A stretch of DNA of 64,000 nucleotides, from the NCBI GenBank assembly GCA_049287205.1, contig JBAQFJ010000001.1, forward strand, positions 383,041-447,040. The letters are read 5' to 3'. Numbering within the stretch: the stretch's first letter is position 1; every line of letters starts with the position of its first letter. Under the pieces are notes generated by a model. That model did no database searches. It worked only from the letters and a program-made list of their open reading frames with translations, and was not told the origin of the DNA. Below are positions 38,185 to 47,714 of this stretch, piece after piece. Origin of the DNA: Microgenomates group bacterium. GTDB lineage: Bacteria > Patescibacteriota > Microgenomatia > UBA10105 > UBA927. Both the position numbers and the translations under genes were made by a program.

Positions 38185-38310
38185 TCCTTTCATTTTGGCG
38201 AATCATCCCCGAATTGTCGGGGCTCATTGTGGCACCGTGGGTATTTTTTAAAATACATCGGTTGCCTCGGTGGTCATTGAGTGAGTTCTCTACCACCGAT
38301 CTTGATTTTT
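38185..38310 (-). promoter_or_regulatory. SAM riboswitch, SAM-I/IV-like (no P4), in the metK 5' leader
   Basis: The minus-strand leader carries the conserved SAM-I blocks in order: AUCAAGAuc GGUGGuAGAGA ... CCACCgaGGCAACC ... GGUGCCA cAAUGAGCC. For comparison, SAM-I has AUCAAGAG AGGUGGAGGGA ... GGCAACC ... GGUGCCAA ... GAUGAGCC. A CCCCG-acaatt-CGGGG hairpin and the SD follow. Confidence 0.6.
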
Positions 38311-38349
38311 ATACTATCTCAATATAGTACCACTATTTTTTTCTTGTCG

Positions 38350-39615
38350 TCAATGATGAAGTCCGCCTTTCCCAAACGCAATCCGATCTAGAATTTTTTG
38401 ATCTGCCTGCATGGCAAGTGCTGTCGTAATACTATTTTGCCCAAATCTGCTAATAATATGATCTATTGCAACGGTACGCGCTTGTTTTTGCACTTCACTG
38501 TCATCAAGTGTCAGTTGTGTGTATAAATCAGACACAATGTCATACACACCCACAAACACGGTATGAATTGGTTTTTCCGGCGCCTGACGTACCAAAAGAT
38601 GTACAAGCGGAAACAGATCTTCTGTTGCATACAATGCCCGTTGGAGTTTGGTATGTTTTTGCCAATATGTTCCGTCAATAAAACTGCATCCGGCCATAAT
38701 TCCTTGAGCACGACAAAAATCTTTTCTGAGACGAATTCCCATTTTCGCCACCAATTGATACAAGACCTGTTTGGTGTATAGGTCGTTTGGTTCTACATGT
38801 CGGGTAAGGGCACAGGATTGCCCATAGCTTTTTTGTATAGTGGCATGTTCGGCGTACATTGATCCGATTTCATATCCGTGCAGCCACATCCACCAATATC
38901 TGCCGTTTATTGATCGAAACGCCCGTTCTAATTGTTCCGTTGTCGCATCGTACATTGCCTGCGGCGTAGTAATTCCTGCAATCAGAAGCCGTGTCGCATT
39001 TCCACGCTTGATCCCGCAAAAATCAGTCAGACGCAATGCTGTAAGCACTGCAGAAATATTTTCTTTTGTGATTGCTTTGAGCCCATTCGGTTTTTCCAAA
39101 TTCGAAGCGGTTTTTGCCAAAAACGCGTTCGATGCAATGCCGATTGATACCGTAATATATGCGCCAATTTCTTCCGCTATCCGTTTTTTTATCGCACGTC
39201 CAAGCGCAAACATGGCAGGAAGCACAGCTTCTTCCGGGAGTCCAAATACATATGGCGTCTGATCCATACGCACAATCATTTCATCAATAGATTGCACTTG
39301 TACATGCGGTGAATACTGAAGCAACAGATGCGTAAGTTGCTGATTGATAAAGCGATATTTCTCCGGATCCGGTGTTTTTGTCTCCAAATCAGGGCATATC
39401 CGTAACGCGTCACGAATTCGCATTCCCGTCGTAACTCCTATTTGTTTTGCCTCATATGATGCCGCAAGGATACATCCATTACCAGACGTATATGCAGCAA
39501 CTGCAACTGGTTTTCCTCGAAGTCTCGGGTTTGCTTGCTGTTCAATGGTTGCAAAACAAGAATTAATATCTATGTATAGAACAGTCGGCGGATGAGATGA
39601 GAAATTACGTGTCAT
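38350..39615 (-). CDS. Y-family (translesion) DNA polymerase, DinB/UmuC family
   Basis: N-terminal VLYIDINSCFATIEQ...LRGKPVAV (catalytic Asp motif of Y-family polymerases). Start at MTRNF overlaps the upstream ORF's stop as ATGA. Confidence 0.8.
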   Translation of the reverse strand: MTRNFSSHPPTVLYIDINSCFATIEQQANPRLRGKPVAVAAYTSGNGCILAASYEAKQIGVTTGMRIRDALRICPDLETKTPDPEKYRFINQQLTHLLLQYSPHVQVQSIDEMIVRMDQTPYVFGLPEEAVLPAMFALGRAIKKRIAEEIGAYITVSIGIASNAFLAKTASNLEKPNGLKAITKENISAVLTALRLTDFCGIKRGNATRLLIAGITTPQAMYDATTEQLERAFRSINGRYWWMWLHGYEIGSMYAEHATIQKSYGQSCALTRHVEPNDLYTKQVLYQLVAKMGIRLRKDFCRAQGIMAGCSFIDGTYWQKHTKLQRALYATEDLFPLVHLLVRQAPEKPIHTVFVGVYDIVSDLYTQLTLDDSEVQKQARTVAIDHIISRFGQNSITTALAMQADQKILDRIAFGKGGLHH

Positions 39616-39857
39616 ATTGATTCGATGTCCTGAAGCATCCATCGCAGTGTCTTGGTATTCAACATAATTTGCATACTTGCTTCACTCGTTGTCATACAGA
39701 AAATGTGTACTAATACGTCTCCTTCGAAGCGGCTATACTGCATGCTGCAGGACAGGAATTGATACGTGCGTTGTTTCCAGAACATCTTGGAGGGTATAAA
39801 TTTTACTTGTGTCAGTGTTGTTTCAATACCAACAGGTTCCTGAATTATTTCTCCCAT
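39612..39857 (-). CDS. small hypothetical protein (81 aa), translationally coupled to the Y-family polymerase
   Basis: Its stop overlaps the polymerase start in an ATGA junction at 39612..39615. No motif recognised. Confidence 0.4.
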   Translation of the reverse strand: MGEIIQEPVGIETTLTQVKFIPSKMFWKQRTYQFLSCSMQYSRFEGDVLVHIFCMTTSEASMQIMLNTKTLRWMLQDIESI

Positions 39858-39996
39858 ATTTCCATAATATACCCGAAACTATATTCGTCAATAGAGAGAA
39901 AACAGTAATACCTGTATTAATAAAACCCGAAAATGTTTCATCGTCACTATATGCGTAAAGGGAACATACTAGCACGCAATATATTATACTAGGTGT

Positions 39997-40896
39997 ATGC
40001 CATCTGAGAGTGCGCCATCTCATGATTCTGTTCTTCCTCCACTGCCTACTTCTGAAAACGGAGCTTCTTCATCGTTTATGCAACAACCCTCACTAAAACC
40101 GAAAAATATAAAATGGATTATTATCGTTATTGTCTGCTATATGATCCTTCTCTATGGAGGAGCTGCTTATTTTTTCCTGTATAAAAAATCTGATACAAAT
40201 ACGGCACAACCGAATACTACAGAACGGGCGCTACCAACTATACAAAATGAAGAAGCAACTGTGGCCACTGCGTCCAGTTCATTTCAGACTATAGCCCCTA
40301 AAACAACGCTTCCACTCATTCGTCTGATAGGAACAGACGAACAAACGCAGGCAACCGCTTCTGGAACAATTAATATCCCGTTTGTGTTTCCAACGATTCT
40401 GCATGAGCAATGCGCCGCATATCAATTTGCATCATTTATTGTTATCGGACCAAAAAACTGGCGGGCGTATGTAACGGAAACAGATGGGGAGATTAATATT
40501 CGTTTATCCAACACACATCCATATACCTATGGAAACACCGCAGTTTGGTATGGCCGCACAACGACCGGATCAAATGATTCCATTCAAACAGCCGCACCTT
40601 TTTTTGAATGGATTCAGACAAATGAAACAATAAAAAATCTTGTTTTGTCACTCCCCGAAATAAAGACCGACTACAACATACAAGAAGTAACGCCCCGACT
40701 CTTACGGTATTCGTTTGTTTATGATGATCCGGCATTCGATGATCTGGGCATCGTTTATACCGACGCTGCAGATCATCTGAAGGACACACAGTGGACTACG
40801 TACTACATGACTACGGTAACGAAAAAAAACACACTTTCTCAAGAATTTGTCATGGAGCTCCTCAACACTTTTATACAGCAATATCAGCTGCGATAA
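39997..40896 (+). CDS. membrane-anchored hypothetical protein (Pro/Ser-rich N-terminus, one TM, extracytoplasmic domain)
   Basis: Uninterrupted ORF; hydrophobic segment IIVIVCYMILLYGGAAYFFLY; Thr/Ala/Ser-rich linker. Confidence 0.5.
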   Translation: MPSESAPSHDSVLPPLPTSENGASSSFMQQPSLKPKNIKWIIIVIVCYMILLYGGAAYFFLYKKSDTNTAQPNTTERALPTIQNEEATVATASSSFQTIAPKTTLPLIRLIGTDEQTQATASGTINIPFVFPTILHEQCAAYQFASFIVIGPKNWRAYVTETDGEINIRLSNTHPYTYGNTAVWYGRTTTGSNDSIQTAAPFFEWIQTNETIKNLVLSLPEIKTDYNIQEVTPRLLRYSFVYDDPAFDDLGIVYTDAADHLKDTQWTTYYMTTVTKKNTLSQEFVMELLNTFIQQYQLR

Positions 40897-40938
40897 AACC
40901 ATATTGCCGCTTGCAATATACCAAACAATTGATACGAT

Positions 40939-41520
40939 GTGAGTATGAGAACCCTCGGATATCTGGAAGTGATCGCAGGCCCAATGTATTGCGGCAAAAC
41001 TGAAGAACTGATCAGGCAGGTAAAACGGGCGACCATTGGGAAAAAGCATGTTCTCGTTTTTAAACACGCTATTGATACACGGTATGGAGCAGATAAAAAA
41101 GTACACAGCCATGCAGGTGGAACATTTACTTCCGAACTGATTCATTCGGCCTCAGAGATATTTAAACATCTGAAAAAAAACACGGAAATAATAGCAATTG
41201 ATGAAGCACAATGGTTTGGAATAGAACTTATTGCCGTTGTTGAAACACTTCTGTCTCAGGGAAAACATGTCATCATTGCAGGACTCGCCATGACATTTGA
41301 CAGGCAACCGTTTGTTCCAATCCCAACGCTTATGACCATGGCAGACAAAGTAACTAAACTATCTGCTGTTTGTAGTCTGTGCGGTGAGGATGCGGTTTTT
41401 CATAAACGCGTCGTCAAGGGAAAAAGCGCGGATGCACTCTCAACTGATCCGACGCTTGTTAATAAACTCGAAGACAATGTCTATGAAGCGCGGTGCAGAA
41501 ATTGCTTCAGCAAAAAATAA
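40939..41520 (+). CDS. tdk: thymidine kinase
   Basis: P-loop GPMYCGKTEEL and C-terminal zinc ribbon (CSLCG ... CRNCF). Confidence 0.9.
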   Translation: MSMRTLGYLEVIAGPMYCGKTEELIRQVKRATIGKKHVLVFKHAIDTRYGADKKVHSHAGGTFTSELIHSASEIFKHLKKNTEIIAIDEAQWFGIELIAVVETLLSQGKHVIIAGLAMTFDRQPFVPIPTLMTMADKVTKLSAVCSLCGEDAVFHKRVVKGKSADALSTDPTLVNKLEDNVYEARCRNCFSKK

Positions 41521-41564
41521 GTAAAATTTTGCTTTTCAGATATTCATTGGTATATAATCACCTC

Positions 41565-42269
41565 ATGATCAAACTCATTTTGGTCGATTTTGATGATACG
41601 CTTTGTTTGAGTGAGGAGGCGTGTTTTCATCTGGAAAATGAGATCGCCGAAAAACTCGGATTTACTCCCATGTCGCGAACTGTGCATCAGGCGAACTGGG
41701 GCAAACCGCTCAAAGATGCAATCGTAGAAAGAATTCCCGGAATCGATGGTGAAAAATTTATGGGACTGTTTGCGGAAGTCTCCCGTAAATATGTTGATCA
41801 AGGAACATTTGATCACATCTCAGAAGAAAACCTCGGAGTGCTTCGGCAGCTCAGGGAAAACGGATACAAAGTGGTTATTCAGACATCAAGGCAACATTGT
41901 GAAGTAGAATATCTTGTGTCCGACAGATCTCCCCTTGCGCCTGTTATAGACGGATTTTTTTATCAGGAACGGTCACAATATAAAAAACCGGATCCTCGAG
42001 TTTTTCTTTTGCCTTCAACATCATTTCATGTTTCATTTCAGGAAATGGTGTATGTTGGTGACGCATTTACTGACGTTCAATGGTGTAAGGCGGCAGGCAT
42101 TCATTTTATTGCCTCTCTAGAAAGCGGACTTCGTACGAAAGAAGATTTTGAAAAACTTGGTGCAACGATGTTCATTCATAAGTTTGCCGAGCTTCCGGAA
42201 CGCATTGAGGAACTCGATACAACCCTAGCAAAAGAACCGCAGGCTTTTACCAGCAAAGCCATTTTATAA
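41565..42269 (+). CDS. HAD-family hydrolase
   Basis: Motif I ILVDFDDTL; start at MIKLILV with an upstream TATAAT. Confidence 0.7.
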   Translation: MIKLILVDFDDTLCLSEEACFHLENEIAEKLGFTPMSRTVHQANWGKPLKDAIVERIPGIDGEKFMGLFAEVSRKYVDQGTFDHISEENLGVLRQLRENGYKVVIQTSRQHCEVEYLVSDRSPLAPVIDGFFYQERSQYKKPDPRVFLLPSTSFHVSFQEMVYVGDAFTDVQWCKAAGIHFIASLESGLRTKEDFEKLGATMFIHKFAELPERIEELDTTLAKEPQAFTSKAIL

Positions 42270-42332
42270 TATCGCTCACCACTCACTTTCGTGCTGTTGC
42301 ATCTCATATATAAAAACCGTATAACTTACTCT

Positions 42333-42995
42333 ATGGAATTAGAGTACAGTATAATGCGATCTCAAAGACGTAGTATAGCGATCCAAATTGAACCAACAGG
42401 AAAAATTTTTGTAAAAGCCCCATATCTTTTGCCTAAATTTCTTGTAGACCAATTTGTACAAAAAAAGATGCCATGGATCAAAAAAAAGATTGCGGTCGCC
42501 ACAAAATTTCCATTGCAGATTAAGAAAACAATTGCGGATGGCGACATCTATTATTATCTTGGTACGCCACACGCTATCCGTATAGGCAATTTTCAAAAAA
42601 TCACATGCACCGAAACAATGAATTTTCCAAAACATCTGTTGTTTCGTGGAAAAATAGAACTGACAAATTGGTATATACAGGAAGCAAAACGAATAATCGA
42701 CGCTCGGGTTATATATTTTTCTCATCTTATGAAAACAACATATACACGTGTTTCCTTCTCTGACACATCTTCCAAATGGGGATCGTGTTTTCCGGACAAT
42801 TCCCTGCAATTTAACTGGCGTCTAGTGATGGCGCCCATTATCGTACTTGACTACGTTGTTGTACATGAACTCGCACACACAAAAGAAAAAAATCACAGAT
42901 CAAACTTCTGGAAAATTGTTGCCAACCAGAAACCTGCTTATAAACAGCACATCAAGTGGTTAAAAGAAAACGCCAACAAACTTCATCTTGTGTAA
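42333..42995 (+). CDS. YgjP-like (DUF45 / M48-like) metal-dependent hydrolase
   Basis: N-terminal RSQRRSIAIQI...VKAP pattern and C-terminal HELAHTKEKNHS zinc motif. Confidence 0.65.
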   Translation: MELEYSIMRSQRRSIAIQIEPTGKIFVKAPYLLPKFLVDQFVQKKMPWIKKKIAVATKFPLQIKKTIADGDIYYYLGTPHAIRIGNFQKITCTETMNFPKHLLFRGKIELTNWYIQEAKRIIDARVIYFSHLMKTTYTRVSFSDTSSKWGSCFPDNSLQFNWRLVMAPIIVLDYVVVHELAHTKEKNHRSNFWKIVANQKPAYKQHIKWLKENANKLHLV

Positions 42996-42997
42996 TA

Positions 42998-44653
42998 TTA
43001 CTCACACACAGCGACATACATATTGCTCTGCCGATAAATAGTTTTAAATTCAGTATTTCTTGTTTCCTGACAATACCTGACAATATGTTCGTATTCTGGC
43101 CCAGTAATGTTCCAATTCAGCAAATATATTTTGCCCTGTTTTTCATTAAATGGAGTATAAAATGTATATTTCATATCTTCAGAAATTTTCTGTTTGTATT
43201 GAACGAAAAAATTATCTATATCTGAAACATATATGTTCATAAATAATCGCAGACTTGAAAATTTTTCTGGTGTATCCTTCCAATAGTACAACGGATAAAG
43301 CACTTCAAAATATAGTGGAAGATAGATAACATGATCACCCGGTTCCCATACATCATTAACCATTTTCATACCCGGCCGCTCAGGTATCCCTGTTTTAAAA
43401 TCAAACAATGAAGGTGTAAACCAATCGAAATACATTATTATAAATACACAAAAGTACATGAATGAAGCGAATAACATACTCATACTGATATATTTTTTCT
43501 TCACAATACCCTTACATGCTATGTACACCCCTATACCAAAACTGATAAGAAACATGTTCCCAATACGTAAAAAAGTCCGTATCAAAAACATATTTACTCC
43601 CAACATATGGGAACACAAAATTGTGCCAATATATCCAATCACATATACATAAATACCGGAATAAAATAGAACTTTGATCACCGAATTGATAGCTATTTTC
43701 TTTTTTTCCAAAAGATAGATACAAAAAATAAAAAACACGAGAATGATGACGGTTAAAATCACGTTGTCTCTCAATAATGCAGTATCTGATGAATATAAAT
43801 CATACATATTATTGGAAAATCCTAAAAAGACCGCGTTGATTAGAAAATATGAATACGTCGATACTTTTGGTATCCACCCGCACGTCTCCTGAATCGTTTG
43901 TGTCTGCGAAGATAAATAGTATAGTAGTGTTCCCACAAGAGGAAGTTGTAAGCCTAGAGACCACGCGAGAAACCGCCAGTTCACGCGTTCTTTCTTTGTA
44001 TACCAGTGTCGACAGACAAAAATAAAAATCCACGAGAATAAACTGATTGTAAATATGATAAAAATGTAATTAATCATACAACCAATAAATGCGCTAATCG
44101 TTAATCCATATACATCTTTTTTACTCATCACCCCTTTTCCAAGAAGCTTTTCGATAAATCGTGTAAAGAAATATAACATCAAACTTGTCGGAACCATCAG
44201 GATACTATAATCCCGCAGTTGCCAGGAGTATTCGATACGCACTAAAGAAAATAACAAAATAAATGTTACGAACCAGGCAGCTTTTTTACTATACCGCCGT
44301 ATTGCTTTATACGTTATAAAAACAGAAAACCAAGATAACAAAATACCTGGCAGACGTAAAAGAAATTCATTTTGCGTGAATTTTGTGAACAGACGAATGA
44401 TGAGATAAAACAGCGGTGGACGGTCATCGGCTGGACGAATAAGTTGTTCAATCCATGAGTAAGGAGACGTGGCAAATGCGTATGTTGCAAGCTCATCTTC
44501 CCAAAACTGTCGCGTATAGGCTGGCCAAAGCCGCAATACTAGCCCAATTATAAATATGCCTACAAGTGCAATCGAAAAAGCATGAGCTGCAAAAAATGTA
44601 TATAGCCTACTAGTCAGTGACGGGGATCGAACGGGGAGCTTTCCTTTCTTCAT
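42998..44653 (-). CDS. GT-C glycosyltransferase (family 39/83, ArnT/PMT-like), polytopic membrane protein
   Basis: 12+ TM helices; first periplasmic loop with DDRPPLFY (the DE/DD motif of the ArnT/PMT families). Confidence 0.6.
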   Translation of the reverse strand: MKKGKLPVRSPSLTSRLYTFFAAHAFSIALVGIFIIGLVLRLWPAYTRQFWEDELATYAFATSPYSWIEQLIRPADDRPPLFYLIIRLFTKFTQNEFLLRLPGILLSWFSVFITYKAIRRYSKKAAWFVTFILLFSLVRIEYSWQLRDYSILMVPTSLMLYFFTRFIEKLLGKGVMSKKDVYGLTISAFIGCMINYIFIIFTISLFSWIFIFVCRHWYTKKERVNWRFLAWSLGLQLPLVGTLLYYLSSQTQTIQETCGWIPKVSTYSYFLINAVFLGFSNNMYDLYSSDTALLRDNVILTVIILVFFIFCIYLLEKKKIAINSVIKVLFYSGIYVYVIGYIGTILCSHMLGVNMFLIRTFLRIGNMFLISFGIGVYIACKGIVKKKYISMSMLFASFMYFCVFIIMYFDWFTPSLFDFKTGIPERPGMKMVNDVWEPGDHVIYLPLYFEVLYPLYYWKDTPEKFSSLRLFMNIYVSDIDNFFVQYKQKISEDMKYTFYTPFNEKQGKIYLLNWNITGPEYEHIVRYCQETRNTEFKTIYRQSNMYVAVCE

Positions 44654-44699
44654 ATCTTTTCAGTATAGACAAAAAGGATAGGAAGGAAAAGACTGGGCG

Positions 44700-45218
44700 C
44701 TATTCTTGACGAAATCTGTTTCTTGCCTCTTCAATTCTGTGTATCGCCTCTTTTTTGTCAAGCCAGCCCTTTACTTTCGCCCATTTATTTTCCAGCTGTT
44801 TGTATTGCTCAAAAAATTGCACAATTTCTTTTTTATAATGTTCATCCATGTTCTCTATATCCTGAATATGGGATAATTTTGGATCGCTGTCGGCGACAGC
44901 AACGATTTTCCAATCCTGCCCTGCCTCATCTTCCATATCAAGTATTCCTATGACTCTCGCGCTGACTACGCAACCAGAAAAAACCGGCTCCGTAATCAAA
45001 ACTAAAACATCAAGATGATCCCCATCTTCAGAACGAGTTTGTGGAATAAATCCATAATCTGCAGGATAAAACACTGGAGAATGAAGTACGCGATCCAAAC
45101 GAATCATATCCATTGTTTCATCATATTCGTATTTATGATGAGATCCGCGGGGAATTTCAATCACCGCGTTAATGATTTCTGGAGCCTGTGCACCGATGGG
45201 AATGGTATGAAATGACAT
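44700..45218 (-). CDS. ppa: inorganic pyrophosphatase (family I)
   Basis: DGDHLDVLVL and other family-I PPase Asp-cluster motifs. Confidence 0.9.
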   Translation of the reverse strand: MSFHTIPIGAQAPEIINAVIEIPRGSHHKYEYDETMDMIRLDRVLHSPVFYPADYGFIPQTRSEDGDHLDVLVLITEPVFSGCVVSARVIGILDMEDEAGQDWKIVAVADSDPKLSHIQDIENMDEHYKKEIVQFFEQYKQLENKWAKVKGWLDKKEAIHRIEEARNRFRQE

Positions 45219-45280
45219 AACTTTTTACTCTTCAGGGTATTATTATACCATGCTGCTTTCACTTCTCTCTTTTGTCACGT

Positions 45281-46399
45281 TTATTCGTGAAGAACAAAAG
45301 CATGTACTATTACTTCAAACATGCGGTTGGCAATAACAGTATTATATTCCTGATACACATGAATTTTATCCTCAAATACTGTTGTTTCGTAGGAATCAAA
45401 GATATCCGTCAAATCAACAAACTGTATATTTTGTGTAGTATCCGAAGACATGCCATTCTTAATAAGATCCTGCACCTCAATAAAATAATCAATTTCTTCT
45501 TGAGGAATAATCTTCAATTCATCTCTGGTTAACATTCGTTTATTAAAAATAGTTGGTTGAAAAAATGCTATATATTCACTGTCAAATACACTTGCGATTT
45601 TTTGTGCTTTCATCACGTTCTGTATGTATATGTTTGCGACCTGTTGTTTCCAAGGATCTGTATTGTATCCGACTTCACTCCGCAAATTTTCTTTTGGTAG
45701 CAGAAAATTTTGGTATGCATGCGGAAAATATGTCTGATATATAAATTTTACGATGGCATTTGTTCCGACGATATACTTCCATGTAGGCAGTTTTTCCGGA
45801 TTGATAAGAGGATTTGTCTCATATACAAAATAATTAAACGGATATCCGGGTCTTGGATCGTAATACAGTGGATGATCTATATCATTTGCTCCGTCATATT
45901 GCACAATCAAATCAGGTTCTAATTCAGATATTTCAGTCACTATTGTCATTAATTCCTGTGATGAAACGGCGGATGTATAACTAAAATTGTATACACGTAC
46001 ATTTGTGTAGCCATTATTTTGGAATTCCTGTGTTAGCAGCTCTGGAATAGTGGGATCACCGAAATACACCGTGGACCCACCTAAAACAAAAATTCTATAC
46101 TCATCTATTGGCTTTGGTGTTACAGGATATGGACCTTTATATCCGCCCTCATTATTTATGCCCTCATTTTTCTTCCCTTTAAACATAATGTATGGATACG
46201 GAGTCCAGGAAAGATCGGTGGCGCGATATTCATTTTTTATAAAATCTTTCAGAAGCAATGAAGAGGCCGTTACTTTGCCAAAAATGTAAGAAAAAAATAA
46301 GAAAAATAACAGCCCAAAAAAAACGTACCCTAATAAAACAAAAAATCTGTTTTCCTGATGCTTTATTATAGAAGCCTTCTGTAATTGATGGTGAGACAT
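45281..46399 (-). CDS. membrane-anchored SGNH/GDSL-like hydrolase (DltD-like architecture)
   Basis: N-terminal TM; block I IFVLGGSTVYF, block III YDGANDI (GxND), block V DKIH (DxxH). Confidence 0.45.
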   Translation of the reverse strand: MSHHQLQKASIIKHQENRFFVLLGYVFFGLLFFLFFSYIFGKVTASSLLLKDFIKNEYRATDLSWTPYPYIMFKGKKNEGINNEGGYKGPYPVTPKPIDEYRIFVLGGSTVYFGDPTIPELLTQEFQNNGYTNVRVYNFSYTSAVSSQELMTIVTEISELEPDLIVQYDGANDIDHPLYYDPRPGYPFNYFVYETNPLINPEKLPTWKYIVGTNAIVKFIYQTYFPHAYQNFLLPKENLRSEVGYNTDPWKQQVANIYIQNVMKAQKIASVFDSEYIAFFQPTIFNKRMLTRDELKIIPQEEIDYFIEVQDLIKNGMSSDTTQNIQFVDLTDIFDSYETTVFEDKIHVYQEYNTVIANRMFEVIVHAFVLHE

Positions 46400-46431
46400 A
46401 CTGCAATCATATCAAATACATACGTATTTTC

Positions 46432-47409
46432 TTATACCCAGTTAAAAATCCATCCAATGAGCATAATTCCAACAGTCGTAATGCCAAAAAAAGTCAAAAG
46501 CAATGGAAGCTTCATAACTTTTTTAAGAATCAGCGCTTCTGGAATGGATAATGTCACGGTCGCCGTCATAAATGCGAGCACCGTTCCCATAGGTATTCCT
46601 TTTCCGACAAGGGCTTCCATTATCGGGATGACACTGACAGAATTTGCATATAAAGGAAGACCGAGTAGTGTAGCAACGGGAACAGCCCACCAGTCTCTCG
46701 ATGCAAGATAGTGTTCAATCAAAGTTGCCGGAACAAACCCATGAATCAAAGCGCCGATGCCAACGCCTATTATAATATATGGGAATATTCGTTTTGTTAT
46801 ATCTATTGCTTCCCCAGACCAATGTTTGACAAGATCAGTAAACGGAACCATTGCACTCTTATACTTTGCCTCTATTTCTTTTTTTGAAGTAAATTTCAAA
46901 AATTCAGGCCGGACGTATTTTTCCATGTTCAGCTTCTGAATAATCATTCCTCCAAGCATGCTGATGCTGATACCCACTAAGTTATATATCAGTGTCGTTT
47001 TAAACCCAAAGATTGCGGGAAACAAATACAGCGAGGATTCGTTGATAAGCGGTGAGCTGATCAGGAATGCGAATGTTACTCCGAGTGGAATGCCTGCTGA
47101 AAGAAATCCAATAAAGAGTGGAATGGACGAACAGGAGCAAAAGGGCGTAATCATACCGAGAAGCGCTGCAAATAGGTAATCCAACCCATACCACCGCCTT
47201 TTTGTGAGTATGTCTCGTACTTTTTCCATTGGAAAATAATACCTACTGATTGCCATCACATAATTAATGATGATGAGCATGACACTTATTTTTATTAGAT
47301 CATAGACAAAAAAATTAACAGCATTCCCGAGGTAGGACTGCGGCATAATCCGCATCCATTGATACGTTACAATATCGGCAAATTGCCCAATGGGGTAAAA
47401 AATATCCAT
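46432..47409 (-). CDS. ArsP-like permease (DUF318/UPF0718 family) with TPFCSCSSIP motif
   Basis: Polytopic; the TPFCSCSSIPLF motif is the hallmark of ArsP-type organoarsenical/thiol-dependent permeases. Confidence 0.6.
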   Translation of the reverse strand: MDIFYPIGQFADIVTYQWMRIMPQSYLGNAVNFFVYDLIKISVMLIIINYVMAISRYYFPMEKVRDILTKRRWYGLDYLFAALLGMITPFCSCSSIPLFIGFLSAGIPLGVTFAFLISSPLINESSLYLFPAIFGFKTTLIYNLVGISISMLGGMIIQKLNMEKYVRPEFLKFTSKKEIEAKYKSAMVPFTDLVKHWSGEAIDITKRIFPYIIIGVGIGALIHGFVPATLIEHYLASRDWWAVPVATLLGLPLYANSVSVIPIMEALVGKGIPMGTVLAFMTATVTLSIPEALILKKVMKLPLLLTFFGITTVGIMLIGWIFNWV

Positions 47410-47411
47410 AA

Positions 47412-47654
47412 TTATGTACTAGATTTTTGAAGAAGTTCCTTAATTTTTGCTTTATCTGGAAGAAATCCTACCATGATAGGCTTTCCGTTAACAGCAAGCA
47501 CAGGAGACTGCATGACACCCATTTCAATAATTTTCGTAACATCAGTGATATATTCAACGGGATCCAGTATCTGAAGTTCCTGAGCAGCTTCTTTTGTTAA
47601 TTCAAACAGTCTTCGGCAATTGGCACACCCTGAACCTAACACTTGGATTTTCAT
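47412..47654 (-). CDS. thioredoxin-family small redox-active disulfide protein
   Basis: 80 aa, MKIQVLGSGCANCRRL (CxxC), directly upstream of the ArsP-like permease. This pairing is common. Confidence 0.7.
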   Translation of the reverse strand: MKIQVLGSGCANCRRLFELTKEAAQELQILDPVEYITDVTKIIEMGVMQSPVLAVNGKPIMVGFLPDKAKIKELLQKSST

Positions 47655-47714
47655 AGTTGCAGTATAGCATGGAAAAGTTGGAATTTATGTAATCAAGTGT
47701 CTATACTATTTCTA

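Noticed and set aside
38180-38296. 39-codon N-terminal extension of MetK in the six-frame track
   Set aside because: The region carries SAM-riboswitch sequence blocks. A good SD precedes the internal MITYFTSE start, which aligns with MetK N-termini.
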